Source of the DNA: Cyanophora paradoxa CCMP329 | Taxonomy: Eukaryota; Plantae; Glaucophyta | Direction of reading: 5' to 3' | Assembly: GCA_004431415.1 (NCBI GenBank) | Contig: QPMI01000335.1 | Location: 1 to 49,322 of the forward strand | DNA length: 49,322 bases | Part shown: positions 34,619-46,600 of the stretch, piece by piece | Layout of the letters: each line of letters begins with the position of its first letter | Numbering within the stretch: position 1 is the first letter of the stretch | The notes under the pieces: model-generated | Seen by the model: only the letters and a program-made list of their open reading frames with translations | Database searches by the model: none | Told to the model about the DNA's origin: nothing | Translations under genes and position numbers: made by a program

Positions 34619-35015
34619 GCCGCAACTCCGCCGCTGGCGCCAACTTAACTGCTGCCGGGGTCAGCCCGGGCCGCCCGGCCCGGCCGCGCGGCGGGTACTG
34701 CGGTTCGACGTTCGAGCGCGCGCGCCGACTCGCGAGATGCCCGTGCGGGCGCGGGCCACTTGTGCGGGAGTCGTAATTGCGGAGGGAGACGCGGAGATCG
34801 TGAGCCGTGCGCCTGCCGTGCGCCCGCGCTGGTATCGGTTTCATGCCGCCGGGCCAGCGCAGAGCGCGTCTGGTTCCACCCGTCGGCGCTCCGTCAAAAG
34901 CATATTGTGCAGTCCGCGCGCACGTGGCGATGAGCCCGCGGTGAGACCGCCGCACACTTCTTGCAGCTGCGCATACGGCGCTGAACGCGCGCGCCCCGCC
35001 AGGCGAGCGGCACTA

Positions 35016-36987
35016 CTACGACCTCCACGTGCGCGGCGAAACGCTGAAGGACGCGTGCGCTACGCCGCTTGCGCCCCCCAGCGCCTTTCCGTCTAGCTGC
35101 TGATACTCCGTTTCTTTAGGGCGTTCTACTATGTCAACTGCAGGCCGGGGCGCGAGGTCCTGGAAGGCTGCGTCCGCTTCGTCACGGAGAAGGTGCTGCG
35201 GGGCCGCTTCGGGGCGTGCCGCCGAACTACGCTCGCTGATCATCAGCCCGGGCCGGGGCGCCCGCTCCGCTTCCGCGCAGGGCATCAGCGTCTCCGTCGT
35301 CGGCCCCGGCGCCGAGGCGGCGCCGCGTAGCCTGGCGTAGTTCGTGCTGGAGGTGCGCGTCGGCCAGAGGACGAGGGGGCGGCCAGTGTGACGGCGTGAC
35401 CCGGAAACGCGCGTGTTTGGCGCGCGCGGGTCGCCCTGACGGCCCCAGCCCGCCGCTAGCCAGGCGCGAATGTGTTTAGAAATGAGGAATCCAAGATCGG
35501 CGATGAAACTTTCTGGTTTGATTGGGCGAAGGGATAGTCGACGATAGTTGGAGCGGGAGCGGCACAGGGGATTGGGAGGACGCTGCGAGGAGATGCGCCT
35601 GGGGCCGACGGAGGGACCGGAGGGGAGGCGGCGCGGTCTGCAGGGGAGGGAGGTGGAACTGCCTACTTGCGGGGGGCTGCCTGGGCGGCCGCCGTCTCCT
35701 TGCTGCGGGGCGGGACGGGGCGCGTCAGCGGGGGCCACACGCGGAGACTGCGGCGGAGTGCTCGACGCTGACGCACGCGAAAGGCGGGGGTACGAGGTCG
35801 AGGCGGAGGGGGGGGATGAAGGGCTTCGACTTCTTGGCGGAGGAGGAGCGACCGCCGGTGGCGGGGCTGGCGGCGCCGGCGCCGGCGCCGACGGGAGGGG
35901 GGGAGACGGCGCCGTCGAAGGGGACGGGGGAGGTGACCGGCACGAAGGCGGTCTGCTGGAGGGAGGGGTGCGGGGAGGCCACCGAGGAGGAGCGAGCGCT
36001 GGAGCCCGGCCGCGAGCCCGGGCCGGCCGGGGCGCCCGGCAGCGGGCTCTTCGTCTTGTCCGGCACCATCGCCACCGCCGCGATGCTCTTCACCGTCGGC
36101 ACTGCGGCGCGCGCCCTCGGCGGCCCGCGGCGGCGTGGAATGGAGGGGCGGCGCCGCACCGTCCCGCCCGTAGGACGGGCTTCGCCGCGGCTGGCCCTCC
36201 TCGCCCTCGGCGAGCTGCCGCTGCCTGTCTTCAAGCGTACTCGCCAGCCGTTCGATGTCTGTGGCTAGCGTGGGCAAGGCGCGAGGCGAAAACGGGCGCT
36301 AGCACGCGCAGGCACCTCGCCGGATGCCGGCGTCTTTCGGGTGCCCGCCATCGATGATCACTGATGACAGGGGCTGCTTGTCCGAGGTCTTTTTCCCTGC
36401 CGTCGAGGGTGAGGCATGCACCTGGCGGCAGTCCCGGGCCTCGGGGCGCCAGCGTGCTGCCGCCAGCGCGTGCTTAGGGAGCAACGACTCGCACCCGCTG
36501 TCCGGCTCGGATTCGGCGTCCTGCACTTGTAAGCGATGTAGATGCCTATGACGAAGACGACCAGCGCCACTCCGATCCCCAGGAAGATCGGCTGTTGAGG
36601 TTCGTAAGTCAAGCTAGCGGCACGTGGCGCTTCAGCGCGTTGGGTGTTATACAAACCCATGTCTCGTCCAGCTCCGACATCTCGCTGGCCTGGGCGGTAG
36701 GCAGCCGCCCGCCTGCCTGGCTAGCTGGGGTACGCGTCGCAATCGCCTTCTGGGGTACAGCCGCTGGGTGCCGAAACGCAGCCGGTCGGCTCCACGACCA
36801 AGCGCACTGCGGCATCGATATCAACATGCGTGTTCATTACATCCGCCGGCATGCGCAGCAGCGCCGCTCGAGCTGCAATGGGGTACATGGTGCGTTCATC
36901 CGGGACGGTAACCCCCGTAGATTCAGGACCGCTGCGCTGATGGGTGAGAGGCGCCCCCGCGAGCACGCAGGTCGCTTCGCATTGCAT
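35016..36987 (-). CDS. Hypothetical single-pass membrane protein with Cys-containing N-terminal part and disordered tail
   Basis: In-phase splicing gives GCVSAPSGCTPEGDCDA|PARCRSWTRHG|LTYEPQQPIFLGIGVALVVFVIGIYIAYKCR (clear TM helix followed by basic residues). Downstream exons are Ser/Pro rich. Both ends are uncertain. Confidence 0.45.
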
Positions 36988-37061
36988 GCGCTAATGCACT
37001 TATTCGCGCAGCCTCTCAATCGAGCGCGTGCCCGGCCTCAGCGTACATCGCTCCGTCCCCA

Positions 37062-40024
37062 ATGCTCGCATCAGCAGTCCGGCAACCGGCGTCGAATATC
37101 GTCGGTGCGGCGGCACGCAGCCTCATCAACGCCTCGCCCCGCCACGTCGCCGCCGCCGCCGCCGCTCGGCCCGAGCTCCGGTTCTCGTACTCGCCGCGTC
37201 CCGTGTCCGTGCTTAGCCACAGCGCGTTCCTGGGGAGTCGCGTCGCAGCTGGTGCGAAGCTAGAGCCTCCCGGCCCGCGCACGTCGTCGCTCCCTCATGA
37301 CTCGGCCGGGCGCAGTCAACGTCGCGGCCGCGGCGCGTAGCTCGAGCGCGGCGCGGCGAACTCTTGTCCAGGCCTCCGCGGCCGCCCCTGCGGCGGCCAA
37401 GCGCTCCAGGTCCGCGCGAAGCGAGCGCCTGCGCACGCGGCTCGCGTCATCGCGGACCTGGAGCTAAGGCGCGAGCACGGCGCAGCAAGATCGATGTGAT
37501 CAAGACGCTGCAGGAGCGGGGCCTGGTGTTCCAGCTGACGGACGCAGAGATGGGCGCCAAGCTGAACGGCGACGAGCCCGTCACCGTCTACGCCGGCTTC
37601 GACCCCACCGCCGACAGGCGCGCCCGCCTCGCAGCGCCGGCGCCGCGTCGCGCGGGGCCGGCCTCCGAGCGGGCGGGGCAGCCTGCACCTGGGGAACCTG
37701 GTGGCGATCATGGCGCTCGCCCACTTCCAGCGGGCCGGCCACCGGCCCATCGCCATCGTGCCCGCCCCGCCCCCCCCCCCCCCCCCCCCCCCCCCCGCCC
37801 CGCCCCGCTCCTCGACCGACCGCCTCCGCCGCCCGCAGGTCGGCGGCGCCACGGGCCTCATCGGCGACCCCTCGGGCCGCAAGACCGAGCGCGACCTGCT
37901 CGGGGTGCGCCATCCCTGTACCCCCTCCCTTCCCCCGGGACCCGGCCCCGGCCCAGCGGCGCTGAGAGGGCGGGGCGGGGCAGGTGGAGACGATCGAGAA
38001 GAACCTGCGGGGCATCGAGGAGAACCTCTCGCGCTTCATGAAGTTCGAGCCCGGCACCATCGGTGCCCCGCACCCAGCACCGCCCCTCCCGCCCCCGCGC
38101 CCCCCGACCCCCGCCCCCAGACGGCGTTGCCATCCAGCCCGCCAAGATCATCAACAACATGTCCTGGTGCACGACCCTCTTCTCGCGCGTGCCCTCTCCT
38201 CCGGCTGACGCGTACGCCCTCAGGTACGAGGACAAGAACGTTGTCCAGTTCATCCGCGAGGTCGGCAAGCACTTCCGGTGCGCGGGCTCGGATCCGCGCA
38301 CCGCCGTTTCTCCCGTCACCGGCCGCGCAGCCTCTCTACCATGCTCAACAAGGATTCGGTCCGGATCCGGCTGGAGCAGGTTCCAACCTCCCGCGCTCCC
38401 CCCGCCCCCCGCCCCCGCCCCCCCCTCCCCCCCCCCCCCCCCCGCCCCCCGCTCCTCTCCCTCCCCTCTTTTCCCCCAATCGCGCCCCGAACGGTACCCC
38501 GCTGATCCCTCCGGTGCAGGCGGAGGAGGGCCACGACCAGGGCGGTATGTCCTTCACCGAGTTCACCTACCAAATCTTCCAGGTACCCCTGCAATCTTCC
38601 TATACCCCTCCCCCATCCCAGCCATCCGACGGGGCGGGGCAGGCGTACGATTTCATGCACCTGGCGAGGGCGGAGAACTGCCGCGTCCAGGTTCGAACCC
38701 GAGGCGCGGGCCTGGGCGTCGCGGCGGCCCCTCACTTTGCGGGCAGGTCGGGGGGAGCGACCAGTGGGGCAACATCACGGCGGGCACGGAGCTCATCCGG
38801 AAGGCAGCCTGGCCGTCCCATGCCCCTCGGCCTCGGCCTGGGGCGATGCGGGGCGGGGCGGGGCGGGCAGGTGCTGCCGGGGACGGAGGCGTTCGGGCTG
38901 ACGCTGCCGCTGATGACGACGGCGAACGGGGAGAAGTTCGGCAAGTCGGCCGGCAACGCCATCTGGCTCGACGAGGAGAAGACCTCCTGCTACGAGCTCT
39001 TCCAGTGCGCCCCGCGCCGGGCCGCGGGGGGCGGGGCGGGGGGCGAGCGGGGGCGGCAGGTACTTCCTGCGGTCGGAGGACGCGGACGCGGGGCGCTTCC
39101 TCAAGGTCTTCACCTTCCTGCCCCTCGACGAGATCGACGCCATCATCGCCGAGCACGAGCAGGCCCGCCCCGCCCAGCATAGCGGGGCCCCCGTGCGCTG
39201 ACGGCGGCGGCGGGGCGCGGGGCGCAGGCGCCGGAGAAGCGGCACGCGCAGCGCATCCTCGCCGAGCAGGCGAGCCGGGGCCCCCGCCCGCCCCTCCCCC
39301 CGGGGCGCGCCTTTGGCGGGGGCGCTGAGGGGGGCGGCAGGTGACGCGGCTGATCCACGGGGAGGCCGGCGTGGCGAAGGCCCAGCGCGCCACCAACGTC
39401 CTCTTCGGTGCGCCCCGGCCCCGGCCCCGGACCCGGCCCCGGCCCCGGCCTCGCTGCCGGCGGGGACGAGCCGGGGCGGGGCGGGGCGCAGGGAACGAGG
39501 ACCTGCGGGGCCTCTCGGCCAAGGAGGTCCTCGGCATCTTCAAGGACGTCCCCTCCGCCGAGCTCTCCCGCGACCAGGCCCGCCCGCCCGCCCGCCCCGC
39601 GGCAGCCCCGCCCCGCCGCCCGCCCCTCACGCCGCCCCGCGCAGGTGGTCGGCAAGGACGTCGTCTCCGTCGTCGCCGCCGCCAAGGCCTGCCCCTCTAA
39701 GGGTGACCCCCGCCTTCCGCCCACCTCCCGCGCCCGCGCCCCCGACCCCGCCGCCGACCGCGCCCCGCCCCGCTCCGCCGCCGGCAGGCGAGGCCCGGCG
39801 CCTGATCCAGAACGGCGGCCTCTACCTCAACAACGAGAAGGTCCCGCCCGCCGGCCGGCCGGGGCCCTCGGGCGCGCCGCGCTGGTCGCTGAGGGATGTG
39901 GGGCTGGCGGGACGCGCAGGTGACGGCGGCGGAGCAGGTGGTGGGGGAGGGGGACCTCGTGGACGGCTCCATCGCCATCGTCCGCACCGGCAAGAAGAAC
40001 TTCCGCGTCATCCGCGTCCTCTAG
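37062..40024 (+). CDS. YARS2: Organellar (mitochondrial YARS2-type) tyrosyl-tRNA synthetase with S4-like C-terminus, about 20 exons
   Basis: Arg/Ala/Ser presequence, YAGFDPTAD|SLHLGNL (HIGH), [22 protein letters not shown]|[26 protein letters not shown] (KMSKS), SK|[22 protein letters not shown]. Stop at 40022-40024. Confidence 0.95.
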
Positions 40025-40500
40025 CGCCCCGGCCCCGGCCCCCGCCCCGCGAGCGCGAGCCGCCTTCGTCTTGGCGACTGCCAGGCTGGATATCGATCCG
40101 AGCGAAAGTGTTCCTCGAGCTCTTTACATCAGCGCGTGCTGCGCCTGCGCATGCGCGCGGGGGGGCGTATGAAGAAGACATTCGCTAGCCAGCTGCCGCA
40201 GTACTGCGGCAAGAAGCACAGCCGTTGAGCTGCGCGCAGCTGTGGTCGGCAGGGCCGGCGCCGCATGCATGTAGCTGCAATGTACTAGTACTAGTATATG
40301 GCCACTCGAGCTCAAGGAAAGCTGCGCGAGCGCTAGCTCTAGCGCGTGCAAGCGTAGCGCTAGCGCTAGTGGGGGGGGGGGGAGGGGGAGGGGGGTAAGA
40401 CAGCCTTCTAAAGCAACGTACCCAGTTTTCGGGCAGAGTACCTAGCGGCGGCGCCAGTGTTCGTGATGAGCAAGCCCGATTGTTGCTAGGCTCTGCTGTC

Positions 40501-40545
40501 CGGATCGACTGCCCGCAGCTCGTCGGATCGACTGCCCGCGGCTCG
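40501..40545. repeat. 22-nt direct repeat upstream of the NACHT gene
   Basis: CGGATCGACTGCCCGC(A/G)GCTCG at 40501 and 40524. Confidence 0.75.
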
Positions 40546-40650
40546 GAGGAGCTGCAAGGAGCCGCCTCGGATCGCCGGCTCAGATCGTAGCTAGGTGCGG
40601 CCGCTTCGTGCAGTCTGCGGCGCAGACACCAGCAGCCTTCCATCTCAACA

Positions 40651-43600
40651 ATGGGGCCTCAAAACGCGGACTTTCCGGACGGCGGCGGAGTGCCGATGTC
40701 GCCCGGCTTCGAGGCGTCGGTCCCGTATGGCGGATACTTGTTTGTCAAGAAGATGCTAGGTTGGAGGAAGCGATATGTGCACATATACTTCGACAAGCTC
40801 GCGTACGGGTCCAAGAAAGAGGTGCGCCGAGCCCGTGCGCCGAACCAGTCTCGAGGCTGACTGGGGCGCGACGTGCCGAGCAGTCGAAGCAGAAGAGCTA
40901 CTCATACCCGGAAACGTCGAAGTGCATCATTCGGCCCATCGCGAACCCGAAGGGCGGCAAGTTCGGGTTTCGGGTGCGCGCGAGCCCTCCCGAGTCGGCC
41001 GCGGGGCCGCGGCGAGCGCGGCGCGGCGCAGGTCGACCTGCCGGAGCGGAAATTTGCGCTGTACGCCGAGTCGGAGGGGGAGCGGGACCTGTGGATGAGG
41101 TGCTTCCGCCTGGTGCACTTCCGGCTCTCCACGGACGAGGTCAAGTCCGACGACGAGGAGACCGGCGGCGACCCGACCGTGCGCCCCGTTTCCTCGCTCA
41201 TCCTGCCACCTCGCCGCCCCCGACCCCGCCGAGCGGCGCGCGCGCAGTCCGGCGGGAACCGGACGTCGAATGAGGGCCGCCCGTCGCTCGATGGCGCCTC
41301 GAGCGCGACGCCGTCGTCCCGGAGGGCGAGCGCGAGGCACGCGATGCCGCCCGAGTCGCCGCCCGACCCGCAGACCGTCGTCAGCTTCGCCCCGGCCGAC
41401 GGGCACCAGTTCCGGGAGGACGCGCTGGTGCCCATCCCGACGGGCCCCGCCCTCTTCCGCCTGGCGGAGGCGCCGGTGTGGGAGTCGCCCTCGCGGTCGC
41501 TGCCGCCGGACGCGGCGGTGCAGCTGGACAACATCACGCGCGCCTCGTTCCTCGCCGCCTGCGCCCGCGACGTCCGCGACAACGGCGAGTTCCTCGCCCT
41601 CGCCAGCAGGTCCCGCCCCCGCCCCGCCCCGCCCCGTCCCGCCCCGCCCCGCCCCGCCCTCGCTGCCGCCGCGCCGGCGGCTGAGGCGGTGGCGGCAGCC
41701 TGTGCGACGAGTTCGCGGGGCTCTCGGCGCCCTCGGCGGCCGAGTGCCTCGAGCTCGCCGCCCTCGTCACCGCCCGCAACATCCCCCTCACCAACCGCGT
41801 CCGCCCGCCCCCTGCTTCCCGGCGCGCCGCGCCGGGCCGAGCCGGGCGGCGGGGCGCAGGTGCTGCTGCTGCTCCTCGCCAAGGGCGTCCTCCCGTTCCT
41901 GGACGCGCCCCCGGGGAGCCCCTGCTTCTCCTGGGCCCCCGTCGCCGCCCTCGGCCTGGTGCCGCCCCCGCCCCCCCGCCAGCCCTGGCTGCCAGCCCGG
42001 GGGCCGCTGAGCGGCTGGTGCGCGTCGCGGCCGCAGGCGCTGCAGCACTCGTGGCCCGGGGCCGTCGAGGAGGGCACCGTCTACGCCGTCTCCTCCGCCG
42101 TCCTCGTGCGCCCCGCCCCGTCCTCCCCGCCCCCGCCCCGCCCGGCCACGGCGGCTTCCGACGGGGCCGGCAGGCGATGCTGCGGCGGGCGTTCGGGGCG
42201 GCTCCGGCGTCGGCGACGGCGGCGAGCCAGGCGCGGGCGGCGCTGCGGGCGGCCGGCATGGCCGACTCGCTGGGCGGCTCGGGGGAGTGGGAGGAGGACC
42301 CGCCCGGCGCCGCCGAGGAGGAAGAGGAGGAGGAGGAGGAGGAGCCCCTCGCCGCCGCCGGGCACGCCCCGGGGGCCGCCGCGGGGCCGGGGGCGTCGCG
42401 GCGGGGCAGCACGGCGGGGGCCCCCCGAAGCAGGCGTACGACCTGACGCCGGTCTTCGTGCTGCAAGCGGCGGGGGAGCTGCTGGAGGGCCTGGGGCGAC
42501 GGCGCGCACGGGGCGGCGACGATCGCGCAGTGCTGCGCCGAGGCCGGCGCCCTCTCCGGCGTCGACGCCTCCTGCGCGATGCCGAGGCCTCCGGCTCCGG
42601 CGCGGCGGCGGAGGCGCGGCGGCCTCGCGGGTGCCGGCGGCGTGCGGGGCGCTGCAGGGCGAGGCGGCGTACGCGCGCAGGCCCTGCGCGACCTCGCCCT
42701 CCTCGCCGCCGAGTCCGCCGCCGGCGGCCGCCCCGTCCAGGGCTCCCCTCCTTTGACCAGGTCCCCGGCGCCCCGCCCGCTCCCCGCCCCGCCAGCGCTG
42801 AGGGCCGGGGGGCGGGGCGGCAGGCGCTGCGGAACGCGGCGGTGCACGTGAACGTGGGGGTGGGGGCGGCGGTGCGGCTGGCGGGGATGCAGGACGCGGT
42901 GCAGTCCGTCGTGCAGCTCCCCCCGGGGGCCCTCCTCGACTGCTGCCTCCTCCTCGACGGGCCCGAGCCGCGCTCCCCGGACCAGGCCCGCCCCGCCCCG
43001 CCCCGCCCGCTCCGCTTCGCTGACGAGGCGGCGGGGCGCAGCGGGCGGCGCCGCAGCCGCTCTCGATGCCGTTCGCGGCGGCGACGATCTCGCAGCTGGC
43101 GCCGGGGGGCCTCAAGGACCAGGTCCCCGCCCCGGGCCCCGGCGAGAGGCCCCAGCCCGTGCGCCCCGCCCCCCGCCCCGGGAGACCGCCGCCGCCCGAC
43201 CGAGCGCTCCGAGCCGGCGCAGGGGCGGGAGTGGTACGCCGCGGCGCGCCTCATCAAGGCGCTGCTGGACCGCGGCCGCACCGCCCAGGTCCGCCCCCGC
43301 CCCCGCCCCCGCCCCCGCCTCCGGGGGAGGGCCCGAGGCAGGGGCGAGCGGGCTGGGCGGGCGCGCAGGTGGAGATCCTGCTGGGGGAGCCCTCGTTGGG
43401 CCGCCTCCTCGCCACGACGCCGCTCGGGCCCTGGCTCGCCGGCCGCTTCCAGATCCTCGCCGCCTCCGCCCCCGAGTACCACGTGTTCAGCGGGGCGGCC
43501 AAGTGGCTGGCGAGCCTGGCGCGCACGGCGGGGGACTCGCCGGCGCTGCTGGCGGCCGCCGTGCACGCCCTCGTCGAGCTCGGCTGCCACCCGGACGGCC

Positions 43601-46600
43601 GCCGCCGCAAGGCCGCCCGCAACCTCCTCCGCAGCCTCCAGCAGCAGAGCACCTCGGGCGCCGCCGCCGCCGCCTTCAGGGCCGAGGTGGCGCGCGCCGC
43701 GGGGGCCGGGCGGCGGGGGCGGCGGGGGCGGCGCTGGACGCGCTGCCCGTGCACACGTCGTCCCCCGCCTGCGCCATCGAGAGCGTGGGCGGCGGGGTCG
43801 ACTTCGTGCGCGCCGCCCGCGCCCGCTTCGGCCGCCTCCCCGGCGCCACCCACTTCAGCGACGTCGACGAGGTCCCGCACCCGCCCGCGCGGCCCCTTCC
43901 CCCCCTCCCCACTGACTTTCGGCGCAGGCGCTGGACTTTGCGCGCGAGGAGTTCTACGGGACGGGCGTCGGGCGGGACCAGGTGCGCGCGGCTCGCCCCT
44001 CGGGCCGCCCCCCGACGCCGGCGCCGGCGCCGAGGCCGACTCGTCGCCCCGGGCAGACGTACGTGCCGCTGATGGCGGACGCGCTGGACTGCAACGGGCC
44101 GGCGCCGGGCCCGGCCGCCCTCATGGCGGCCTCGGAGCTCGAGGGCGACCTGGACACCCCCGCCGGCCCCCCCGCCCCTTGCGCCTCCCCCGCCGACGCG
44201 GCGCGCCCGGCCCCTGCCCACCCCCGCCCCTCGCCCCTCTGACGCCCCCGCCCCCCCGCAGGTGGCGTTCGCGCTGAACGTGGTGAACGGGAACCTGAAC
44301 CAGCTGGGGGACCCGGCGAGCGCGCCCAAGGTGGTCCTCCTGGCGGGGCCCTCGGGCGCCGGCAAGTCCTCCGCCCTCCAGCGCCTCCACCGGGCCCTCT
44401 GGGAGGGGTGGAGCCCCGGGGGCGCCAACCCCGTGCCCCTCTACGTCTCCATGCGCGCCGGCGCCGGCTCCGGCGGCGGCGCCGCGCCCCTCCGCGAGGC
44501 CCTCGAGGCCCTCAATCTCTCGGTACCCCCCCGCCTCCCCGCCCCGCCGCGCCCCGCCGGCCGCCGACGCGCCCCTCCTCCTCCTCCTCCGCCCGGCAGG
44601 AGGAGCGGGCGCGGGAGGCGCAGGCGCGGTACAACTTCGTGCTGCTGGTGGACTGCTTCGACGAGGGGCGCCTGCGCGAGAACCTCTGGGACGCCCTCGT
44701 CCGCCCCTGGGGCCTCTGCGCCGTCGTCCGCCCCGCCCCTCGCCCCGCCCCGCCCGCCCCGCCCGCCTCTCGCCGACGCGGGGCGGGGCGGGGCGGCAGG
44801 TGGCGTGCCGGACGGAGTACCTGGCGAGCCTGGGGCCCGACTACCGGGCGCTCTTCGCGCCGCAGGGGACGCAGACGCGGCTGCTGGCGGAGCTGCACCT
44901 GCGGCCCCTCGACCGCGCGCAGGCGGCCCGCCTGCTCGCCGTCGTCGAGGCCCGCCTCGCCGCCGCCGCCGCCGCCGCCCCCATCCAGCGCCACGACTCC
45001 ATCGACTCCTCCTCCAGCCAGCTCGTCCGCCCCCGCCCCGCCCTTCTTTCTACCCCTTCTTTCTTGACGCCCGGGGGCAGCTGGGGGAGCCGCGCCCGCC
45101 GCCCCCGCCGCGGGCGCCGCCGCCGAACCCGAACGCGGGGGTGCCGATCCTGCAGCGCATCCAGCGGATCCCGGGGCTCGAGTGCCTCGCCCGCAACCCG
45201 CTCCTCCTCGTCATGGCCGCCACCGCGCTCCCCACCATCGAGCAGGCCTACTCCGGGCCCGCCCCCCGCGGCCCCGTGCGCCCTGCCCCGCCCCGCGCCG
45301 CCCCGCCATCCGGCCCGGGGCTCACAGCGGGGCGGGGGGGCAGATCGGGCCGTACGAGGTGCACATGTACTACGTGGAGGACCGCATCCGCACCAAGCTC
45401 TTGGGCGGCGCCGCCGACGAGGCCGGCGCCGGGGGGTCCCTCCCCGGCGGCCCGGGCCCCGCGGGGCGGCCGGCGCCTCGGCCTCGTCGGCGGCGGTGCT
45501 GCGGGCGGTGCGGCGGCTGTGCGGGCGGGCGGCGGCGGCGCTGCGGGGCGGGGGCGCCTCGGAGCGGCGCTTCCCGTCGCAGTCGGCGGACGATCTCTCC
45601 GCCGCCGTCCTCGCCCGACTCGGCGTCGGCGTCCGCGGCGGGCCCGCCCCCGTCGCCGGCCACGCCTCCTTCGCCCCCGCCGGCCCGGCGTGGACGGCCG
45701 CGCCCGCCTCTGGTCCCAGCTGCTCGGCACCGCGCCGGCGTCGGCCTCTGCCTCGGCGGCGGTGGCGGCGGCGGCGGCGGCGGCCGTGGCGGTGGCGCCG
45801 CTGGCGCGGGGCCGCGGGCCCATGGGCGCCTGGCTCTTCGTCGCCTTCCCCACACGTGCGCCCGCCCGCCCGCCCGCCCGCCGCCGCCGCGCCGCCCGCC
45901 GCGCCGCCCGACCTCCTCCCGGCGCAGGGGTTTGCTGGATTTCTTCCTCGCGGACTTTGCGCTGCGCTCGCTGGCCTCGCGCCACAAGGGCAGCGGGCGG
46001 CCCCGGCGCGCCCTCGCGCTCCTCGCGCGGCTCGACTGCGCGGCCGACGCGGGGGCCATCCGCCTCCTTGCCGACCGCGCCCGCGAGGACACCGCCCTCC
46101 AGCGGGTGCCCCCCGCTTTCCATCTCCCGCCCTCTTCCCTTCCTCACGCCGCTCTCGTTCTCAGGTGCTCCTCGACGCGCTCGTCTCGTCGCGCTCGGTC
46201 CGCGGCGGCGGCGGCGGCGATGACGACGACCTCGTGCTCGCCCTGAAGCGGCGGGGCCAGCCGGCGGCGGCGCCCTCGGGGGGCCCCGGGGCGGCCCTCG
46301 CCTCGGTGCTGGCGGCGGCCGGCGTGCCCCTCTCCAACTGCGACCTGAGCGGGGCGCGCCTCGCGGGGGCGGACCTCTCCGGGGCGATCATGGAGGGGAC
46401 GCTCCTGCGGGGGGCCGACCTCTCGCGGGCCTGCCTCGCGGCCGCGTGCCTGCAGCGGCGGACCTGCGGGAGGCCAAGCTGGAGGGGGCCGAGCTCGGCG
46501 AGCGCCTCCCCGTCACCGTCGAGGGGCCCCCTTCCTCCGCCTCGCCCTCGCCCGCGACGCCCCGTACCCTCCGCCCCGCCGCTGCCCCCCGCCCCGCCGC

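Noticed and set aside
40370-40395. Poly-G tract as a functional G-quadruplex upstream of the NACHT gene
   Set aside because: Similar G/C homopolymers occur throughout introns (e.g. near 108, 4341, 37770, 48345), so there is no specific evidence of function.
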